From: an uncultured Deinococcales bacterium
GTDB lineage: Bacteria > Deinococcota > Deinococci > Deinococcales > JAAFIG01
Direction of reading: 5' to 3'
Length of the DNA stretch: 21,610 nt
Assembly (NCBI GenBank): GCA_964247135.1
Contig: CAXTTL010000061.1
Coordinates: 1 to 21,610, forward strand
In this document: in pieces, positions 16,101-21,610 of the stretch
Numbering within the stretch: position 1 is the first letter of the stretch
Layout: every line of letters begins with the position of its first letter
Position numbers and translations under genes: made by a program
Notes under the pieces: model-generated
What the model was told of the DNA's origin: nothing
The model's database searches: none
Seen by the model: only the letters and a program-made list of their open reading frames with translations

Positions 16101-17738
16101 TTAATTCTCGAGGTATTCAAAGAAATCAAAATCCGCATGGTGTCTTGTGCCTGCCAGGTCTTGAACGCACAGGGCAATGAATGTTCCCGTGAACGCCAGC
16201 CCGTTGCAGTAATCGTCTGAAAGGTGACTCGAGTCAAAGGCGGGTCCAATCTGCTGCCAGGTTTGGTTGTCGCTCGAGTACGAGAATTGGAAGGTTTCAC
16301 GGTTGAAGCCCACGCGCAAATAAATGCTGCCTTCGCTCGAGATTGGGATTTCTTCTGCCAGCGGTTCGGAGTAATAACCTTGGTCGCAGACCAGCAAGTT
16401 TAGGGTTTTGCCCAAATCCTCATCCCTCGAGACGCGCAGGTACACCCAGTGTTGGCTGTCGTAGTAGGCTGCCATGCCCGCCATCTGTTGGAAGTGTTGG
16501 GGGTCAAACGCCAGGCTGGTGGTGGCTTGGGCGTGGAAGGCTTGCAGGCGGCGTCCGATCAAGCTTTGGTGGTGGAGGCTGCCCAGCGACTCGCGCCCGA
16601 ACAAGCGCAAGTGTCCTGGGCGTTCGGTCAGTGTCAACCAACTTGGGTTGGCAGGTTCGCGCAGGGTTTGCCAAGCAATCTCCAGGGTTGGCGCGTCAAA
16701 ATCGTCCCGTGTGTTTGGTACTGGGAATGGGTGAGGCTCGAGCTTTGGTGCAATGACTTGAAGGCTTGGGGTGTTGCCACCGCCTGCCAGTCGCACCCAG
16801 TCGTCTTGTCCCCACTCGAGTTTTTGAATGGATGTTTCGCGCCCAAGGTTGCAATAACCGCCGCCCAATCCTGGTTCGAGCGGTCGTCCGCACAAATGCA
16901 CGATGTACCATTCATCGTTTTGGGTTTGCACGATGCTGGCATGACCCGATTTTTGCAGCTCGAGTTCTGGGTGTTGGTTGCTGGTCAAGAGTGGGTTTTG
17001 TGGGTGAATCTCGTATGGTCCTTCGAGATTTCTCGAGCGTGCCAATGTCGCGGCGTGCTCATAGGTTGTGCCACCTTCGGCAGTCAGCAGGTAATACCAG
17101 CCGTTGCGCTGGTAAACGTGTGGACCTTCGTTCACGCCAATGCTTGAGCCTTTGAAAATATTTTTGACCGCACCCACCAGTTTTTGTGCGACCGGATCAA
17201 ACTCTTGCAGGTAAATTCCGCCGAACGGATTTTTGCCTTTTCGGTGATCCCAGACCATGTTGAGAAACCATTTGCGTCCATTTTGGTCATGAAACAAACT
17301 CGGGTCAAAGCCGCTCGAGTTTAAATAAATGGGTTCTGACCAAGGACCTTCAATATTGCTGGCGGTCACCAAATAATTGTGCGTGTCTTTAAACGGCGCG
17401 TGCATACTGAAGGCTTTAACATCGGTGTAAATCAGGTAAAACGTGCCGTTATCAAAACTTAAACACGGCGCCCAAATCCCGCCCGAGTCGCCGTTGCCGC
17501 GCATGTCCAATTGCGATTTTCTCGAGAGTGGTTGGGTCAAAACGCGCCAGTGTACCAAGTCCCTCGAGTGATGAATTTGCACGCCAGGGAACCATTCAAA
17601 GGTGCTGGTGGCAATGAAATAATCTTCACCGACGCGCAGGATGCTGGGGTCTGGGTTGAAACCGCGCAAGATTGGGTTTTGAATCAAGGTTTGAGGCTCG
17701 AGTGTGGTGATGGTTTGGGGTTGGGTGAGGGTGGTCAT
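16101..17738 (-). CDS. GH43 beta-xylosidase / alpha-L-arabinofuranosidase (XynB-like)
   Basis: NPILRGFNPDPSI, WAP, GFDPSLFHD, EGPH motifs and a C-terminal beta-sandwich ending FTGTFIALCVQD..ADFDFFEY; no signal peptide. Confidence 0.95.
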   Translation of the reverse strand: MTTLTQPQTITTLEPQTLIQNPILRGFNPDPSILRVGEDYFIATSTFEWFPGVQIHHSRDLVHWRVLTQPLSRKSQLDMRGNGDSGGIWAPCLSFDNGTFYLIYTDVKAFSMHAPFKDTHNYLVTASNIEGPWSEPIYLNSSGFDPSLFHDQNGRKWFLNMVWDHRKGKNPFGGIYLQEFDPVAQKLVGAVKNIFKGSSIGVNEGPHVYQRNGWYYLLTAEGGTTYEHAATLARSRNLEGPYEIHPQNPLLTSNQHPELELQKSGHASIVQTQNDEWYIVHLCGRPLEPGLGGGYCNLGRETSIQKLEWGQDDWVRLAGGGNTPSLQVIAPKLEPHPFPVPNTRDDFDAPTLEIAWQTLREPANPSWLTLTERPGHLRLFGRESLGSLHHQSLIGRRLQAFHAQATTSLAFDPQHFQQMAGMAAYYDSQHWVYLRVSRDEDLGKTLNLLVCDQGYYSEPLAEEIPISSEGSIYLRVGFNRETFQFSYSSDNQTWQQIGPAFDSSHLSDDYCNGLAFTGTFIALCVQDLAGTRHHADFDFFEYLEN

Positions 17739-17759
17739 GGATGGTTCTCCCGATCAAAT

Positions 17760-18776
17760 TTATTTGGCTGCTTGAAGCACACGCTTGAGGGCGTCGTAAG
17801 CCGGTTTTGGCGCATAATTGCCGTCAAAAATCAGTGGTGCTCGACCCGCCCGCCACGAGTGCGCGTCGGTCAAACCCCACATCATGAACGCCGAACATTT
17901 GACCGCCAAGCACGTCTCGAGCATGTCGCCATAAACTTTGGCTTGGCGCGTCAGGTGTTCACTGGCGGGGTAACCTGGGCTGCTTTGCACGTCCAATTCG
18001 GTGATTTGTACTTCCAAACCGAGGTCTTTAAAACGCTGGTAATTCTCGAGCACGTGTTGAGAGACCACGTTAAAACTGGCATCGATATGGGCTTGAAACC
18101 CCACACCGTCAATCGGTACGCCCTTGGCTTTGAGGTCTTTGACAAGCGTATAAACTTCGTCCGATTTTTGGTTGATGCCGTCGGTGTTGTAATCGTTGTA
18201 AAAGAGTTTGGCGCTCGGGTCGGCTTCGTGCGCCCAACGAAAGGCAAGCTCGAAGTAATCCTTGCCAATGGTTTTTAAAAACGGCGTGTTGCGCAAGCCG
18301 CCACTGTCGCTGATGGCTTCGTTGATGACATCCCAAGAGTCAATCTGCCCTTTGTAGTGCTTGACCTCGGTTTGAATGTGATCCTTCAGCGCCGCCATCA
18401 TGGTCTCGCGGTCAGAGATTTGCAGCACCCAACTGGGCAGTTGTTCGTGCCAGACCAGGGTGTGACCACGAATTTTTTGCTTGTTTTGCTGCGCAATTTT
18501 GACAATCGCATCGGGCAATGACCAAACGTATTGGTTTGGGGCGGGTTGAACCGCAGCCCATTTCATGGCGTTTTCGGGCACGACCATGTTGAACTCTTTT
18601 GCGAGCGTTTCGGCGTATTCAGGCTCGAGGTCTTCAAACAAGGTTGGTCCAACGGCGACACCAATGTTGACGCCTTTGGCGCTGGCAAGCGAACGCAAAC
18701 TGGGGGTGGTTTGTGCTCGGGTGGCGCCGAGTGCCAAACCGAGCGCGATGGGTAGCAACCATTTGGCGTGTTTCAC
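17760..18776 (-). CDS. GH10 endo-1,4-beta-xylanase, exported
   Basis: Signal peptide; PENAMKW, RGHTLVWH, WDVINE (acid/base), NDYN, DGVGFQAH, ITELD (nucleophile). Confidence 0.95.
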   Translation of the reverse strand: MKHAKWLLPIALGLALGATRAQTTPSLRSLASAKGVNIGVAVGPTLFEDLEPEYAETLAKEFNMVVPENAMKWAAVQPAPNQYVWSLPDAIVKIAQQNKQKIRGHTLVWHEQLPSWVLQISDRETMMAALKDHIQTEVKHYKGQIDSWDVINEAISDSGGLRNTPFLKTIGKDYFELAFRWAHEADPSAKLFYNDYNTDGINQKSDEVYTLVKDLKAKGVPIDGVGFQAHIDASFNVVSQHVLENYQRFKDLGLEVQITELDVQSSPGYPASEHLTRQAKVYGDMLETCLAVKCSAFMMWGLTDAHSWRAGRAPLIFDGNYAPKPAYDALKRVLQAAK

Positions 18777-18823
18777 GGGTTTCTCCTTGGAATATTGATT
18801 CGAGGTTTGAATTGATTTTTAAA

Positions 18824-19771
18824 TCAAGTTTTGACGCCGCCAGAGGTTAAGCCTTCAATCATTTGGCGGCTGGTCAGAATAAACAGAATCAACAGTGGCA
18901 GCACCGTCAGGGCGACGCCCATCATGACCGCGCCAAAATCGACGTTGGTGTTGGTGCCACCGCCGCCGATTAAACGCAGCAAAGTTTGCAGGGTTTGGGT
19001 TTCTTGAGAGCGGAAAATAATAATCGACAGAATGTATTCGTTCCAGATGCCAATGAAGGTCACCAGTCCGAGCGTGCCGAGGGCTGGACGGGTGAGCGGC
19101 AAAATAATTTTCCAATAGGTTTGAAATTCGGTGCAGCCGTCAATGCGTGCGGCTTCGACCAGTTCTTTGGGAATGGCGCTCAGAATATACTGTCGCATTT
19201 GAAAGATACCGAAGGCGCTCGCCATGCCAGGGAACCACAAGGCTTTGGGTGAACCGATCCACAACAGGCTTGGAAACCAGGGCAGCACGCTATGAATGGC
19301 GGTGTCGAGCGGTGCGAACAATTGGCTGAGCAGTGAGAGCACCAGATAGAGCGGAATCAAATTGAGCGCTCCAGGAATCGCCATCGTCGCCAGCAAAATG
19401 CCAAATAACCGGTCTTTGTATTTAAACTCGTACATCGCAAAGCCGTAACCCGCCAAGGAACAAAAAAACAATTGGGTGGCGGTGGTCACAACCGACAGGT
19501 AGGTGCTGTTCCAAAAAATACGCCAGAACCGTCCTTGGGTCACCTCCATCAGCGCCTGATAGTTGTGCAGCAAGGAATTTCCGAACCACAACGGCGGCGG
19601 AAACCTAAAAATATTGTCTTTGGGTTGCGAGGCAAAAACAAACATCATAAAGAGCGGTAAGACCATCAACAAACCACCGATGAAAACGATAATCAATGCC
19701 GTGTAATTGGTCGGGATTCTCGAGGTTTGCTGGGTTTTGATGCGCTTGCCAGTTGGAATCGTGATCGCCAT
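18824..19771 (-). CDS. Carbohydrate ABC transporter permease (MalG-like)
   Basis: SLAGYGFA, IPKELVEAARIDGC EAA loop, C-terminal IEGLTSGGVK; ATG lies 1 nt after the upstream stop. Confidence 0.92.
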   Translation of the reverse strand: MAITIPTGKRIKTQQTSRIPTNYTALIIVFIGGLLMVLPLFMMFVFASQPKDNIFRFPPPLWFGNSLLHNYQALMEVTQGRFWRIFWNSTYLSVVTTATQLFFCSLAGYGFAMYEFKYKDRLFGILLATMAIPGALNLIPLYLVLSLLSQLFAPLDTAIHSVLPWFPSLLWIGSPKALWFPGMASAFGIFQMRQYILSAIPKELVEAARIDGCTEFQTYWKIILPLTRPALGTLGLVTFIGIWNEYILSIIIFRSQETQTLQTLLRLIGGGGTNTNVDFGAVMMGVALTVLPLLILFILTSRQMIEGLTSGGVKT

Positions 19772-19772
19772 G

Positions 19773-20744
19773 TCAGTCTGCCCTTCCGCCACGGAAAATC
19801 CGGTTGTTGATGATCGTCATGACGATGATGATGGCGAACAAGACCCACGAAATGGCGGCAGCCAGTCCAAAATCAAGATCGGTGAAGGCGGTCTTAAACA
19901 GGTACATCATGGTCGTCCGACCGGCGTTGTTCGCGCCGCCGTCCTGCCCGACCAGCGTGAAAGGCTCGAGGAACAGTTGCATACTGCCGATGATGGTTAA
20001 GGTGACGGCGTAAAAAGCCATCGGGCGCACCAGCGGCAGGGTGATAAACCGAAATTGCTGCCAGCGGTTGGCGCCGTCAATCGCGGCGGCTTCAAAGAGT
20101 TCGAGGGGAATGGCTTGCATGGCTGACAGGTACAAGATCGTGTTCCAGCCTGTGTAACGCCAGAAAATCACCAGTGCCACCGACGGTTTAATCCAGAACG
20201 AACGCCCCAGCCAATTGATGTTCTCGCGTGGGAACAAACCGCCAAGGATTGGAATTTGATGCAGTTGCAAGAGTGCCCAGTTGAACAAACCGTTGCGTTC
20301 GGAAAACAGCAAGCCAAACACCACACTAATCGCCGCGATTGATGTGATGAACGGTGCGAAGTAAAGGGCGCTCAAAAAACCTTTGAGGCGTTTGAGGGTG
20401 TTGTTGAGCAAATAAGCCAGCGGCAGGGCGACCAGGTGCTGTGGAATGCCGCCCAGAATTCCCAAGATTGCGGAGTTGACCAAGGACGTTTGGAAGAACG
20501 TGTCGTCCTGAATCAGATAGCGGTAATTGTCAAAACCGACAAACTTGATGCCGCGCAAACCGTCCAATGGATTCCAACGCGTCAGTGAAATATAAAACGA
20601 AAAGATGTTCGGGAAAAAACTAAAGATAACGTACAGAATAAAGAAGGGGGCAATAAAAAAATATGGCGCGTATCTGCGTTGCCAGTTGGCGTAACGATAC
20701 TCTGGAGGTACAATATTGACTTGCTTGGTGCGCGAAAGAGCCAC
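19773..20744 (-). CDS. Carbohydrate ABC transporter permease (MalF-like)
   Basis: FVGFDNY, WRYTGWN, IPLELFEAAAIDGA EAA loop, FGLAAAISW; AGGAG RBS and GTG start. Confidence 0.92.
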   Translation of the reverse strand: MALSRTKQVNIVPPEYRYANWQRRYAPYFFIAPFFILYVIFSFFPNIFSFYISLTRWNPLDGLRGIKFVGFDNYRYLIQDDTFFQTSLVNSAILGILGGIPQHLVALPLAYLLNNTLKRLKGFLSALYFAPFITSIAAISVVFGLLFSERNGLFNWALLQLHQIPILGGLFPRENINWLGRSFWIKPSVALVIFWRYTGWNTILYLSAMQAIPLELFEAAAIDGANRWQQFRFITLPLVRPMAFYAVTLTIIGSMQLFLEPFTLVGQDGGANNAGRTTMMYLFKTAFTDLDFGLAAAISWVLFAIIIVMTIINNRIFRGGRAD

Positions 20745-20906
20745 AGGTTTCTCCTGACTGATCAGAGTGTCTTGCAGGTTGCAGCAAAACTCGAGCTGCG
20801 GTTGTTGTTTTTTGAAATGTTCAAAACTTGAAATAAGAGATTGATTCTTGTTTTATGGTCTTCGTGAATTTAACTCGGGCTGCTCGAGTAAGGATTTTAA
20901 CTTTCG

Positions 20907-20942
20907 CTCGAGCAACGACTTGGTTCAGGGTCGTTGCTCGAG
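20907..20942. terminator. Intercistronic stem-loop after the SBP gene, closed by CTCGAG pairs
   Basis: CTCGAGCAACGAC-N10-GTCGTTGCTCGAG; position typical of an mRNA-stabilising or attenuating hairpin. Confidence 0.7.
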
Positions 20943-20998
20943 ACGCTAGAGGTTGAAGAAGCGCAAAGGAGGATTTTACGCTTCCCAAAAAGAGGGCT

Positions 20999-21610
20999 TT
21001 AGCGGCGGGCGCGTTTGTCGATTTCGCTGCGGGCGTCGGTCAAGACTGTTTTGATGTCTGCGCCTTCATCTAAAACTTTGCCCAAGGCGGTTTGTACGAT
21101 GGTTTCGGCGACACTATCGTACTTGTTGACGTCAATTGGTTTGATGCGTTTGGCGGTGGCTTTCCAGAGCAGACGGGCTTTTTGACCGCCCAAGAAAGGC
21201 ACTGGTTCGTTAAAGCTCTTGTCGCCCCAAGCGCTGTTGAGTGCTGGGAATGCGCCATTGCTCTTGAAGACGGCAATTTGTTGTTCGCGGTTGAGGGTCA
21301 TGTACTTGATGAACTCCCAAGCCTCTTTTTTGTGTGCCGAAGCGGTCGGGATCGAGTAGAACGAGCCGCCCCATGAGGCGAATGCGCCGTCTGGAAGGTC
21401 TTGAACGCGCCACAAGCCTTTGGTGTCTGGCGCCATCCAGTTTTGGAAGTGACCCTGCAACCATGCGCCCGAGAATTGCGTGGCGACGGTGCCGCCCTTG
21501 AAGCCCTCGTACCATTCGTTGGTCCACTCGCCGATTTTGGCGTCGATGCCAGCTTCGCGGATTTTCTTGGCAATCGTGAAGGCTTTGACAAAACGGGCGC
21601 TGTCTGGTCC
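20999..21610 (-). CDS. Carbohydrate ABC transporter solute-binding protein (3' part)
   Basis: Frame is open to the right edge; G.WRV..LP.G.FASWGGSFYSIP...HKKEAWEFIKY..GAFPAL; directly upstream of two permeases. Confidence 0.9.
   Translation of the reverse strand, partial: GPDSARFVKAFTIAKKIREAGIDAKIGEWTNEWYEGFKGGTVATQFSGAWLQGHFQNWMAPDTKGLWRVQDLPDGAFASWGGSFYSIPTASAHKKEAWEFIKYMTLNREQQIAVFKSNGAFPALNSAWGDKSFNEPVPFLGGQKARLLWKATAKRIKPIDVNKYDSVAETIVQTALGKVLDEGADIKTVLTDARSEIDKRARR

Noticed and set aside
1-21610. CTCGAG excess as an XhoI cloning or assembly artefact
   Set aside because: Sites sit in-frame within intact conserved genes in all three phases and in paired terminator stems.

Overview
A bacterial chromosomal window, most likely Deinococcota (Deinococcus-type Mfd N-terminus, fused PxpB-PxpC, many leaderless TANNNT-N5-7-ATG starts). 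Gene content in order: 5' part of mfd; a RelE/ParE-like toxin-antitoxin pair; a DUF559 (Vsr-like) endonuclease bracketed by inverted hairpin repeats; a foreign-looking 427-aa hypothetical gene; an ABM monooxygenase divergent from pxpA/pxpBC; SDR; GNAT; an HTH regulator divergent from a lipoprotein; a TetR gene with three operator-like palindromes and two membrane-protein genes; a 1006-aa permease-permease-acyltransferase_3 fusion; and a xylan-utilisation operon (SBP, two permeases, GH10, GH43). Four main signals: (1) a 36-nt element at two loci 10.8 kb apart, whose 4-bp stem differs completely but covaries perfectly and which is flanked by CTTC duplications inside other hairpin repeats; (2) the palindrome CTCGAG occurs about 138 times by manual count versus about 5 expected, in all codon phases and in terminator stems; (3) the DUF559 gene is flanked by inverted REP-like hairpins, with a solo copy elsewhere; (4) the triple ABC-permease/O-acyltransferase fusion. 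All counts and alignments were done by eye and no database searches were run.
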